This document shows, piece after piece, positions 41,537 through 51,745 of a stretch of 64,000 bases of DNA. Source of the DNA: Dictyostelium discoideum. Lineage: Eukaryota. The stretch spans positions 5,024,001 to 5,088,000 of the forward strand of contig CM000152.2 of NCBI GenBank assembly GCA_000004695.1. Reading direction: 5' to 3'. Each line of letters begins with the position of its first letter. Position 1 is the first letter of the stretch. Made by a program: the position numbers and the translations under genes. The notes under the pieces are model-generated. The model was not told the DNA's origin. It worked only from the letters and a program-made list of their open reading frames with translations, and did no database searches.

Positions 41537-44500
41537 TTATTTATAGAAAGTACTGAGTGAATTATTGTATTTTTTGAGATGTTTAGGAAGTTCTATTGCG
41601 TGAAGAGGTGAGTTCCATTGTCTGCTAAATTGTAATAGCTTTAGCGAGATTAGTGAGTCTAATTTATTTTGTTCTTCTGGCCGTTGCTTTGATTTGATTC
41701 TTAATGTTTTGTTTATAACCGCTTGTGTCCTGTCCCATGCAGCTCTTTGTGTTTTAATTAGTTCACGTATGACTTGTTGTCTGTGAATTATTATTTCTTT
41801 TTCATCGTGAATGAGTTTATTTCTTTTGTGCCAGATTTTATCGAATATAATAGCTATTAAATTGGCTACTAGTGCAATTTGTAGATGGTTTAAAATCTTC
41901 ACATTCCAGGTGTGAGTGGTGTGTCCACACTTAGTTAGGGTGTAGTTGAAGATTTCTTGTGTGTTTTTGATGTGGGCTTTGCAGTTGAAGAATATATGTT
42001 CTGAGGTCTCATCTTCCCCACACTGTTGGCATGGCATGTTGTATATTTTTGGTAGTGCTTTCAGTGTGTATCTCCATAATAGATCTCTACCTTTCATGTT
42101 TATTATTTTTTTGATTTCTTTAAATGGAAGGTGTTTGCTATTAATTTTGGTCATTATTTCTTTTTGGCCAGGAGTTGGTATGAATTTGTTGTGTTCAGGA
42201 GATTGAGTTGTCATCATATCTTCGTATATTTTTTTTAATTTTGGGAGGTGTTCGTAGTGTGTTTGTTTATTTTGTGGAGTTTTTAATTGGGTCCATGCTT
42301 GCTTGCATTGCCAGTGTAGTTGTAGTTGATTTTGTTTTGTTGTTGTTTTGTTGTTGTTGTTGTTTTTGAGTTCCTCTTCCCACAGTTTTATATATGAACT
42401 AGGAGTGTTACTTACTCTTTGGTGGAGGTATCTTTCGAATAACCATGCTTTCTGTGCTAGTTCTCTTGTCTTCAGGTTCCATAAGTTTAGGCCACCATTG
42501 ATATAGTTGTTTTGTCTTCTTTGTAGTGAAAGAGAGTTTTTAGATTTTGTGTTGAAAACGAATTTTACGATGTTATTTTCAATACTATTGTGTTGTGGTG
42601 TGGTGTTGATGTAAGTGTGGAACGTTAACTGAGATAGTGCATATGTTTTTGCCATTATGAGTCTGCCCATATAGGTTGATGAAGTTGAGTTCCATGTTAC
42701 TAGTTTAGCTCTGATGTTGTCTGAGATTGTATTGATTTTGGATTTGATACCCTTATTGTTGAAGTCAAAGCCGAGGTACCTTTCGTTTGATTTTATGACG
42801 GTGTATAGCGTTCTGGTGTTCCATTTGAAAGTGATACACGAGCATTTGGTTTGGTTTATTTTTGCGCTGGTTGCTTGGCAAAACTTCTTGATCCATTCAT
42901 TCATGAGGAAATGGTCCATAAAGTTGTATGCTATTGTTGCTGTATCATCGGCGAACTGTAGTATTTTAATGGTTTCTTTGGTTACACCATTGATGCAGCG
43001 GTCATTTATTATAGTAGTTGCCATGCATTCAACCACTAATGCGAAGATAGTGGGAGAGATAGGATCACCTTGTTTGGTTCCTCTTTTTGATGTAAAGCTT
43101 TTAGATAATGAGTTATTGATGTACACTGATGTTTCTGATTCATTGAGTAAGTTCATTATTGTGAGGACCATTTTGAGTGGTAGTTTTAGATGTGCAAGAG
43201 TACGTAGAATGGCGTTATGTGAGATTGAATCGAATGCTTTTTCAAAATCATAAAATGTTATGATTGGTTCCATATCCTCTTTTGTGTTAATCTCTCGTTT
43301 TATTATTTCTATTGTTGAGTTTAAGGTGATGATGTTATCGTGCAGTAGTCTTCTTGGTACGAATCCAGTTTGGAATGGTGAGATTATTTTGTTTAAGAAC
43401 TTCAGGATCCTATTGTTGATTATTTTCGAATAGATTTTGTAATCGACATTTAGAAGTGTTATTGGTCTATAATTATCCAGGTTGTTTGGGTCTCCTTTGT
43501 TTTTATATATAGTAATCAATATCCCTTGTTTGAAGTCCTTTGGGATTGTTGTGTTCCAGAAGTGATTGTATAGTTTTGATATTATTGGTAGAATTTCATT
43601 AATGTGGTTTTTGTAAAATGTTGGAAGGAGTCCATCTTTACCAGGTGCTTTTCCTTCTTGTATTTTTTCAATGCCTAGTCTGATTTCATATCCTTCTATT
43701 GGTTGATTAATTTCGTCCAATATCTTTTGATCAATCCTTTTATTGAATGTTTTTAGGAGTTCGTGGTGAGTGTCTTCGTTGCATTCTCTCTTCTGGTACA
43801 GGTTCTCGTAATATCTTCTTGCTACTTCGAGGATATCCTCGTGTTTTGTTACCAAACAATTGTTGCTTGGATCTAGAATTTGAGGGATTTCATTTGTCTT
43901 TCTTTGGACTTTTAACCTTCTGGTTAAGTATTTTGATGGTGTTTCTTTGTTGTTGATGTGGGTGTTGGTTTGGTTTGCTTGTTTTATTCTTACTTGTTCC
44001 TTTAGAATATTGTTGATCTCTTCTTTAAGGAAGATTGCTCTTGAATCTTTGGCTGTTTCGAGTTTTTCTGCGAGTTCTTTTAGTTTGTTTTTGGTTTTAT
44101 TGCTTTCTCTAATTTCTATATTAATTGACAGTTTCTTTATTTCATCTTTTAGTTTCAACCATTGTTCGCAAATGTTTAATTTGTACCATTTGCTGGTGTT
44201 CTCTTCGAATTTTTTATTGTAGTATTTAATTGTTTTATTAATTTTGAGGCTGGTTGAATTCATTTTGAGAGTTTCTAGGTTTTGTCTCCATAGTCTTTCT
44301 CCTTTCTTTTGTTGCTCGTATTCTGGTATTTTTAATTCAATGATTACCATGTTGTGATCAGATTTTAATTTGATTTCCTTAGTAGTAACTATTGGGTTTA
44401 GATGGAGTATCTTCTTTGAGACAAAGACCCTATCGATGGTTGATTTGTTTCTTGGAAATGTGATTCCATTCTTAATTTCTGTAAATTCGAATTCGTCGAA

Positions 44501-44758
44501 GATTGTTTTAATATATTTGTTAAGGTTATTATCCACTGAACAGTCTACATTGAAGTCTCCGGTTATAATATCGCTGTGTAGTATTTCTTCTGTGAGATTT
44601 TCCTTATACCATTCATGTCTTTCGTTTGACTTTGCTGGGGCATAAATGGTTGTGCATTTGATCTGTGTTTTTGCAATCATCCATTCGGAAGATATAATTC
44701 TTTCGTTTATTGTTTTTGTTGTTGTTTTTATTTGGGTGTTGATGATGATTTGTGACAC
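41537..44758 (-). CDS. TRE5-A ORF2: apurinic-type endonuclease C-terminal motifs, reverse transcriptase and a C-terminal Cys-rich zinc-finger-like domain. At least 1073 aa; the frame is open upstream of the first Met.
   Basis: Endonuclease motifs include …DIITGDFNVDCSVDNNLN… and SDHNMV. Reverse transcriptase motifs include …PITLLNVDYKIYSKIINNRI…, …FQTGFVPRRLLHDNI… and FADDTATIA, which is a YxDD-type box. The C-terminus has CQQCGEDETSEHIFFNCKAH…CGHTTHTW. ORF2 is frame-shifted relative to ORF1, with 44973-44758 not a multiple of 3. Confidence 0.85.
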   Translation of the reverse strand: MSQIIINTQIKTTTKTINERIISSEWMIAKTQIKCTTIYAPAKSNERHEWYKENLTEEILHSDIITGDFNVDCSVDNNLNKYIKTIFDEFEFTEIKNGITFPRNKSTIDRVFVSKKILHLNPIVTTKEIKLKSDHNMVIIELKIPEYEQQKKGERLWRQNLETLKMNSTSLKINKTIKYYNKKFEENTSKWYKLNICEQWLKLKDEIKKLSINIEIRESNKTKNKLKELAEKLETAKDSRAIFLKEEINNILKEQVRIKQANQTNTHINNKETPSKYLTRRLKVQRKTNEIPQILDPSNNCLVTKHEDILEVARRYYENLYQKRECNEDTHHELLKTFNKRIDQKILDEINQPIEGYEIRLGIEKIQEGKAPGKDGLLPTFYKNHINEILPIISKLYNHFWNTTIPKDFKQGILITIYKNKGDPNNLDNYRPITLLNVDYKIYSKIINNRILKFLNKIISPFQTGFVPRRLLHDNIITLNSTIEIIKREINTKEDMEPIITFYDFEKAFDSISHNAILRTLAHLKLPLKMVLTIMNLLNESETSVYINNSLSKSFTSKRGTKQGDPISPTIFALVVECMATTIINDRCINGVTKETIKILQFADDTATIAYNFMDHFLMNEWIKKFCQATSAKINQTKCSCITFKWNTRTLYTVIKSNERYLGFDFNNKGIKSKINTISDNIRAKLVTWNSTSSTYMGRLIMAKTYALSQLTFHTYINTTPQHNSIENNIVKFVFNTKSKNSLSLQRRQNNYINGGLNLWNLKTRELAQKAWLFERYLHQRVSNTPSSYIKLWEEELKNNNNNKTTTKQNQLQLHWQCKQAWTQLKTPQNKQTHYEHLPKLKKIYEDMMTTQSPEHNKFIPTPGQKEIMTKINSKHLPFKEIKKIINMKGRDLLWRYTLKALPKIYNMPCQQCGEDETSEHIFFNCKAHIKNTQEIFNYTLTKCGHTTHTWNVKILNHLQIALVANLIAIIFDKIWHKRNKLIHDEKEIIIHRQQVIRELIKTQRAAWDRTQAVINKTLRIKSKQRPEEQNKLDSLISLKLLQFSRQWNSPLHAIELPKHLKKYNNSLSTFYK

Positions 44759-44970
44759 CCCTTGTCCTGTTTTATCAATTGGTGCGTGGTGTGTTATTTT
44801 GTTTTTATATTGTTGATTTATTGAGTAAATTTTATTTGTTTTTATATTTGTTTCAGTTAGAAGTGCTGCGTCCAGCTTGTTGTTGTCTAATACGGTGTTT
44901 ATTATGCTGGCAGATTGGATGGTGTTGGATCCTTGGACGTTCCAAACACCTATTCTTATTGTGTTTTTCT

Positions 44971-46305
44971 TTATAGTTTTATTTGGGGTAGATTTTTATC
45001 TACCTTTTGAAGTTTCTGGTTTATTTTGTCTTCTAACTGATCTTTACTTTGTTCGTTGTGTTGTTGGTCTTGTGTGTTTGTGGGGTTTTTTGATTTACTG
45101 ATTTGTTTTAGAATTTCCTTGTTGAAGTTGTCTATATCTTCATCCATTTTTGTTTTTATGCTTTTTTGTCCATATTCACCCAATTTTGGTTTGACTGGTG
45201 TTTTGTTGGTCCTGTTTGTTTTGTCTTGTTGTTTGTTTTTTGGTGTGTTTAACAATTTACTTGGTGAATCGATAATTTTCGATGGTGTACCATAGGTTGG
45301 GCTGAAACTCATGATATGTTTTATTGGAGAGGAGAAGAACCATTGATTTGAAGGGATTGAAAGTGGGAATTCTATTTTTCTTATTGCATCAGTGTTTGGG
45401 CTGGTGAAGTCGAAGATATCATTTACCTCTCTAAGTTTTTCTTCCGTTGTTAGTCTCTTTGTTTCGCCGTGTTGTTTTATTGGTGTATTGTATGGAGATG
45501 GTGGTTCAATAGGTTTTTCTGATTTTGTTTTAATTTCTTGATTTTTTATCGATTGGGTATTGATCTCATTCTCTATTCTTGTTAGTTCATCTACGTTTTC
45601 TAGTGATGCATCTATTACCTTTTGAGCTGTATCATCTAGGGCCATAAATGTTTTATCATTAGATGAGGAGGTGATTGGTGGGATAATGATTGTTCTTTTT
45701 CCTTGTTTTGGTATTTGTTCTGATGTAGATTTTGGTTGTTGTTCATCTGATTGTTTTTTATTTTTGTTTTCTTCTTGATTTTCTGGTAATGAGGTTTGAT
45801 CTCTCCATCCTTTGTTGGAGTGACCAATTAATGTTAGATTGTCTAGTTCAATGATAGTGTCATATTCTTCTACGACTCTTTTCACTGTTTTGATAATTAG
45901 AGTTTCGCCTTTAATTTCAGATTTAATTAGTTTACATCCTTCATTTTCTATTACCCATTCTATTTCTGTGAGTGATTTATACCAATCGAAATCCGTATAC
46001 ATATTTTTTGGTCTTAGAGTGGTTATAAATTGTCCTTTTAATTCTGCATCGAACATATTTACAAAATAGATTACTGTACTAATACTGTCTGTGAGAATTT
46101 TGAATGTATTATTACTTTTGATTAAAACATCTTTTTTGTCCAAACTTTTTTCTAAATCTTTTTTTATTTTATCGTCTGGTTCGTGATTGATGTTTATGAC
46201 GTATTTGAATTGTTTTTTTTTTAATTGAGTTTTATCCACAATTTCGCTTATTTTTTGTAGGCATTTGTGTTGCTTAATATTTGTGGTGTTGTTTGTGATT
46301 TTCAT
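44971..46305 (-). CDS. TRE5-A ORF1 (444 aa).
   Basis: An intact ORF reads MKITNNTTNIKQHKCLQKISEIVDKTQLKKK…. Its first 66 codons are duplicated in the 3' B-module as ORF 41153..41401, where the copy runs into the C-module and poly(A). Confidence 0.8.
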   Translation of the reverse strand: MKITNNTTNIKQHKCLQKISEIVDKTQLKKKQFKYVININHEPDDKIKKDLEKSLDKKDVLIKSNNTFKILTDSISTVIYFVNMFDAELKGQFITTLRPKNMYTDFDWYKSLTEIEWVIENEGCKLIKSEIKGETLIIKTVKRVVEEYDTIIELDNLTLIGHSNKGWRDQTSLPENQEENKNKKQSDEQQPKSTSEQIPKQGKRTIIIPPITSSSNDKTFMALDDTAQKVIDASLENVDELTRIENEINTQSIKNQEIKTKSEKPIEPPSPYNTPIKQHGETKRLTTEEKLREVNDIFDFTSPNTDAIRKIEFPLSIPSNQWFFSSPIKHIMSFSPTYGTPSKIIDSPSKLLNTPKNKQQDKTNRTNKTPVKPKLGEYGQKSIKTKMDEDIDNFNKEILKQISKSKNPTNTQDQQHNEQSKDQLEDKINQKLQKVDKNLPQIKL

Positions 46306-46383
46306 TTTATTTTCTTTCTATTTTTTATATTTTTCTTTAAAAAGTTAAAAATCTGGAAATTTTCTGATTAACTTGGTTCCCAT

Positions 46384-46427
<44 letters not shown>

Positions 46428-46743
46428 TCTTTTTTATATGAAAAATGAAATAATCAAAAAAAGAGATTGTTGTTGTTGTTTGTTTTTTTTCGATCTGATT
46501 ATTTTTTGCTTTTTTTTGAAAATTTTGCTACGCAAAATTCTCAAAACGAAACAAATAATAAATTACAATAAAGTAAAAAGATGGCTTTTTAAGATAGTTT
46601 ATTTATTTATTTATTTGTTTTTTAAGTCTTTTTTATATGAAAAATGAAATAATCAAAAAAAGAGATTGTTGTTGTTGTTTGTTTTTTTTCGATCTCTTAA
46701 ATTACAAAACAAGCATAAAAAATGAAAATTTTTACAAATTAGA

Positions 46744-46829
46744 GCCATAGTAGTCTAGTGGTAAGACATTTCTCTCGTATAAAATTATACAGCGAAGAAG
46801 GATCCCGTGTTCGATTCACGGCTTTGGCA
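46744..46829 (+). tRNA. tRNA gene with a putative 15-nt intron. The isotype is uncertain: the anticodon loop CUCGUA|intron|A would give CGU (Thr), but the assignment is tentative.
   Basis: The acceptor stem GCCATAG/CTTTGGC has 6 of 7 pairs. T8-A9 are present. The D-arm is GTCT-AGTGGTA-AGAC. The anticodon stem TTTCT/AGAAG has 4 Watson-Crick pairs and one GU pair. About 15 nt (taaaattatacagcg, containing the palindrome TATAAAATTATA) fall at the canonical 37/38 intron position. The variable loop is GATC, the T-arm is CCGTG-TTCGATT-CACGG, the discriminator is A, and a T6 Pol III terminator follows at 46832-46837. Confidence 0.75.
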
Positions 46830-47006
46830 ACTTTTTTCCAAAAAAAGTTAAATTTATTATTTTTTTTTTTTTTTATAATTTGAAAAAACCAGTCAATACT
46901 ACTGGTTTGCTACTCACTGCCCATTAGCTTCAATATGGAGATAATGGATTCACCAGAATTTGTATTCCTTGGAAACAAGAAGCATGAGAAAAAGAGCACA
47001 TCTAAA

Positions 47007-47088
47007 TTACAGAAATTTAAAAAACCACTCAATTACCATAACGCTACTCACTGCTAATTGAATGGTTTTTTTAATTTCTGTAATTTTG
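47007..47088. other. Perfect 28 to 30-bp stem hairpin with a 23-nt loop, inside a GC-richer non-coding block (46860-47290) immediately 3' of the tRNA gene.
   Basis: The arm aattacagaaatttaaaaaaccactcaatt at 47007-47036 is the reverse complement of aattgaatggtttttttaatttctgtaatt at 47059-47088. The motif ctactcactgc recurs at 46905 and 47045. No ORF is present. Confidence 0.6.
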
Positions 47089-47586
47089 ATGTATTCTTTG
47101 TCTCTTTATTATATCTGCATTTCTTTTCCTATGGCCATAGCACATTTGCTGCAGACGAATTCGTTTCTTTTCATAAACAAGCCCAAGTCTCTTTAAATTT
47201 ACCCAATTTTACACTTTTGTCAAGAAAATCCCTATGTTCTAGATGTGGTTCTTTGTATTTCTAGCCTTCTGTTAAAAGTCCACAAAAAACAATGATAGAT
47301 TTTGAACAGGAATTCCAAATTTGTTTATTTTTTTTTTTCCCAAAATTTTATTATAATAAATAAAAATATTAAATTTTGTTATAATAAATAAGACAATTAT
47401 GTTTTTACCCTTTTTTCTATCGCTTTTATATTTGTTTTCGTCCATCCATTAATACACTTAAAAAAAAATGAAAAAAAAAAAAAATGAAAATAGCATTTAA
47501 AAAAAAAAAAAAAAAAAAATAAATAAAAAAAAAAAAAAAAAATTCATTTTTGTTTTTGAAAAAAAAAATCCAACAAAAGTGGTAGA

Positions 47587-48046
47587 ATGATTGAATGTAC
47601 AGATAAGATAAAAAAAAGGAATAATAATAATAATAATAATAATAATAGTAGTAGTAATAATATAGATAATAAAAGTGAATATGATATAAATTCAAAAGAA
47701 AATTATAATGATATTGATGATGATAATAAAAATAATAATAAAATCTCAAAACCAATTATATTAAAGAAGAAAAGACATCCATTAATAACCACATTAAGAT
47801 ATGTAGCGATATTTTTAATATTTTTCTTATTAACAAGTGAATATCTTGTACAATTTGTACATGTTGAAGCAGTACCATTAAATAAGGGTAAATTTAGTCA
47901 TATAAATTCAAATGTATCAGATCCAAGGGATTACAATGCCCTTAGAATTCAATACTCTACAAATTATCACGAAATTACAAGTGATCATTTATTTAATATG
48001 TTAAATAATAGATCAAGGGATATAACTGTTTCATCTTCAAATGATT

Positions 48047-48102
<56 letters not shown>

Positions 48103-48587
48103 TATGATGAAAATATCATTAATAATGGTATTGACAATAATAAATTAACAAGTGAAGAAAAAGAAAAAGAAAAAGAAAAAGAAAAAGAAAAAGAAAAAGA
48201 AAAAGAAAAAGAAATAAAAGAGAAAAATTTAAAAATTTTTAGAGAATACAATTTAACTGAAGATTATTATACAAATATATTAAACTCAAATACAACTTAC
48301 ATTTTATTTGTATGTAAAAAAAAATATTAAATATTATTATTATTATTAATAATAATAATAATAATCATAAATAAAAAATTAAAAATTAAATATTAATAAT
48401 ATCTAATAATTTTATATTATTTCTATTTTTAGCTTTATCACATGGATTGTCCATTTAGTCAAAGACTATTACCAATTATAGAGACATTATCAAGAACTTA
48501 TCCAAATATTATATTTTTTCAATCAAGAGGATTTACGTATGTTTTTTTTTTTTTTCTTATTATTTATAGTCTTATTATTTTTATAAG

Positions 48588-48618
<31 letters not shown>

Positions 48619-48946
48619 AAACTAACCACACTACACTACACAAAATAGTGTTATTTTAAAATCGCATTTTCATACAAGAACAACACCAACTTTATTCATA
48701 AGAGTTAATGATACATTGGTTAAATATAAGGGTAGAAAAGATTTAGTTTCAATTGGAAAGTGGATTTCAAAAAATTCAAATCAAATACCATTAGAGGTTG
48801 AACCAAATGTAGATATAGAATTATCAAAAGAAATTAGAGTCGATAGAGGTTACCTTTTATACTTTAGTTGTATTTATGTTTCCTTTTTAATCTTTTGTTC
48901 AATTAAACGTTGGTTTAAAAAATATCAAAATTTAAAAACTGATTAA
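47587..48946 (+). CDS. Thioredoxin-fold membrane protein with a CxxS (CPFS) active-site variant, three exons: 47587..48309, 48433..48536 and 48679..48946.
   Basis: Exon 1 has an N-terminal Asn-rich region, one TM helix (YVAIFLIFFLLTSEYLV) and (GAA AAA)n encoding EKEKEK, and ends …TTYILF before a GTATGT donor. Exon 2 reads LYHMDCPFSQRLLPIIETLSRTYPNIIFFQSRGFT, aligning with Trx F-Y-A-P-W-C-G-H-C so that WCGHC corresponds to DCPFS, and ends at a GTATGT donor. Exon 3 reads TTPTLFIRVNDTLVKYKGRKDLVSIGKWI…, which is the cis-Pro-Thr and βαβ core of thioredoxin, and has a C-terminal TM helix. The total is 364 aa. Confidence 0.65.
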
Positions 48947-49017
48947 TAATTTATTATTATTAATTTAATCATCAAAATTAAAATTAAAATTAAAATCAAA
49001 ATCAAAATCAATAATAA

Positions 49018-49035
49018 TACGGTTATGGTTGCCAT

Positions 49036-49127
<92 letters not shown>

Positions 49128-49130
49128 CTA
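49018..49130. repeat. (CAT)n / (ATG)n microsatellite.
   Basis: About 37 perfect cat repeats, which yield spurious poly-Met and poly-Asp ORFs on the minus strand. Confidence 0.95.
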
Positions 49131-50325
49131 TTAATGTCATTTAAATTATTAAAATAAATAAAAAAAAATAAAAATAAAAATAAAAATAAAAAATAATACA
49201 AATATGTACAAAATGTCATATATACGTATTTTTTTTTTAATATCACTTTATAATTTTAATTATTGTATTTTAAAAATTAATTAATATTATTTTAATAATT
49301 GTTATTATTATTATTATAATAATAATAATAAAAATAAAAAATAATTTTTTATTTATTTTGAAAAACACACACACAAAAAAAATGGTGAGGGGGGAGAGAG
49401 GGGGAGGGAATTTTTTATTTTTTTTATTATTAATATTAATTTTATTTTTATTTTATATTTTTTATTTTGTTTGATGTTTAAACATGAGGATAAAAGTATA
49501 TTTGAGTGGGTTTGAACTAATCAAAATTTTAATAATAATAATAATTTATAAAAATTACCACCATTGAATGTAATTGAGTGTGTATTATGATTTTTTTTTT
49601 ATTATTTTATTTAAATTACATTGATTTTGAATTTTTACCAACTATGGATTCAAATAATCAACTTTTTACCAATTCAAAATTATAATAACTATTAATAATT
49701 TTTTATTTTTTTTGGTTTGATTCAATTTTTTATTTCAAATAATTAAAATTATAAAAAATCCGATTGATTATTTAATAAAGTCAAAATAAAAATAAAATAA
49801 TAAATAAATAAATAAAAAAAAAAAAAAAAAAAAAAAGCTTTAAATTAAAAAATAGTAATCATTTTTTTTTTTTAAAAAAAGAATAAATAAACAAATATAT
49901 AATTATAAATATTTTAAAAAATGATTTTTAGTAAGTATTAATTAAAAAAAATTAAAAAATATATATTTGGTTAAAACTAATTTTTATTATTTTTTTTTTT
50001 TTATTTTTTTTTTTTAAATTTTAAAAAAAAGGATCTTTGGTAAATTTTGGTAATAGTTCAAATAATTATGAATCATTAAAATCAAATGGTGTATCTAGTC
50101 AATTGTTGGTATTAAAAGAAAATAATATTGGAAACCAACAATCAAATAATAGAATGGCAAATTTTCTTGGTGGAAGTAATAGATATGATAGAATTTGTGA
50201 AGAATAAACTGTGTTGAATTTCTTTTTTATATATAAATATATATTTTGTTTAAAACTTTTAACTTTTTAAAAATAAACTAAAAAAAATAAAAAAAAAAAA
50301 ATTAATAATAAAAAATTTGTATTAA

Positions 50326-50327
<2 letters not shown>

Positions 50328-50424
<97 letters not shown>

Positions 50425-50425
50425 T
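50328..50425. repeat. (ATT)n microsatellite.
   Basis: About 32 att repeats. Confidence 0.95.
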
Positions 50426-50652
50426 TTTATAAATTTGATGATGTGGGTGGATTGATAAAGATAAAATATGAAAATATTGATTTTTCTTTTTACATATCCC
50501 TTAATTTGGAATTTCTAAAAATAAATGAAAAATAAAAAAAAAAAAAAAAAAATTAAAAAAAAAAAAAAAAAAAAAAAGATTTTATTTTATTTTAATTTTA
50601 TTTTTTTTTTCTATTTCGTGTGTAATTGTTGTGTGGTAAAAAAATTAAATAA

Positions 50653-50693
<41 letters not shown>

Positions 50694-50776
50694 GCGCTGA
50701 TGTTCATTTTTAATTATTTTTTTAAAAAAAAAAAAGTAAAAACATTTATTCCACACATTAAAAATATAAAAATATA

Positions 50777-51711
50777 ATGCGTGAAATTATTTCTATTCAT
50801 ATAGGTCAAGCTGGTATCCAAGGTATTTATTAAAAATATTATTCTTATTATTTATTTATTTTATTAAAAATATTATTATTTATTTATTTTATTAATAATA
50901 ATATTTTAATTTTTTTTTTTTTTTTTCATTTTTTTTTTTTTTTTTATAATTTTTTTTATAGTTGGTAATTCATGTTGGGAACTATATTGTTTGGAACATG
51001 GAATAGATAAAGATGGTACATTTAAAAAAGATTATAAAAGAGGTAATGATGTAAAATATGAAACATTTTTTAGAGAATCATCAACTAAAGATAAAGTTGT
51101 ACCACGTTCTTTATTTATTGATTTAGAACCAACAGTTATTGATGAAATTAGAAGTGGTGATTATAGGGAATTATTTCATCCAAATCAATTAATTAATGGA
51201 AAAGAAGATGCTGCAAATGTAAAAAAAAAATTAAAAAAAAAAAAAAATCACAAAAAAAAAAAATCACAAAAACCATACTTATAAATTTATTTATTTATTT
51301 ATTTATTTACTAATATTTTAATTAAAAAAAAAATAAAAAAATAAAAAAAAATATAAAGAATTATGCAAGAGGACATTATACAGTTGGTAAAGAACTTTTA
51401 GATTTATCATTACAAAGAATTAGAGAATTAACAGATGAATGTGACGGATTACAAGGATTTTTCTTATTCCATAGTGTTGGTGGAGGTTCAGGTTCAGGAT
51501 TTGGTTCATTATTATTGCAAAAATTAGCTTCAGAATATGGTAAAAAATCAAAAATTGATTTTTGTATTTATCCATCACCACAAGTTTCAACAGCTGTAGT
51601 TGAACCATATAATTGTGTACTTTCAACTCATTCTTTATTAGAACATTGTGATGTTACATTTAGTAAGTATAATTAAATATCTCTATTTTATTATTATTTT
51701 ATTAATTTTTT

Positions 51712-51745
<34 letters not shown>

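Larger units (their letters stand above)
40620..46692 (-). mobile_element. TRE5-A-type (tRNA-gene-targeted) non-LTR retrotransposon that appears full length. On the minus strand it runs 5' A-module repeats, B-module, ORF1, ORF2, a second B-module and tandem C-modules with oligo(A). Decayed C-module-like repeats extend down to about 40620.
   Basis: The 5' end sits at 46692, 51 bp from the tRNA at 46744, in head-to-head orientation. A direct repeat of about 196 bp (46424-46495 matching 46620-46692, taagtcttttttatatgaaaaatgaaataatcaaaaaaagagattgttgttg…) is consistent with duplicated A-modules. The segment 46095-46400 is near-identical to 41190-41530, which is the B-module flanking both ORFs and includes the first 66 codons of ORF1. 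C-module units (gtaaactaacccctcttttagagaccctgt…gagatctagcatctcaaggagaagcaa.taataattgcgttatccaattc…gttttgtaatt) repeat at 41030-41185 and 40865-41010, each ending in an A-run on the minus strand. Both ORFs are intact. Confidence 0.8.

Noticed and set aside
41946-45295. Multiple plus-strand ORFs (41946..42206, 42714..43253, 43747..44222, 44370..45101, 45056..45295).
   Set aside because: They are antisense to the TRE5-A ORF1 and ORF2, whose sense frames carry the endonuclease and reverse transcriptase motifs.
47426-47755. 109-aa poly-Y/F ORF on the minus strand.
   Set aside because: It is antisense to the start of the thioredoxin-like gene and its upstream poly(A) tract, and is low complexity.
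48943-49246. Poly-Met and poly-Asp ORFs on the minus strand.
   Set aside because: They are translations of the (CAT)n microsatellite in two frames.
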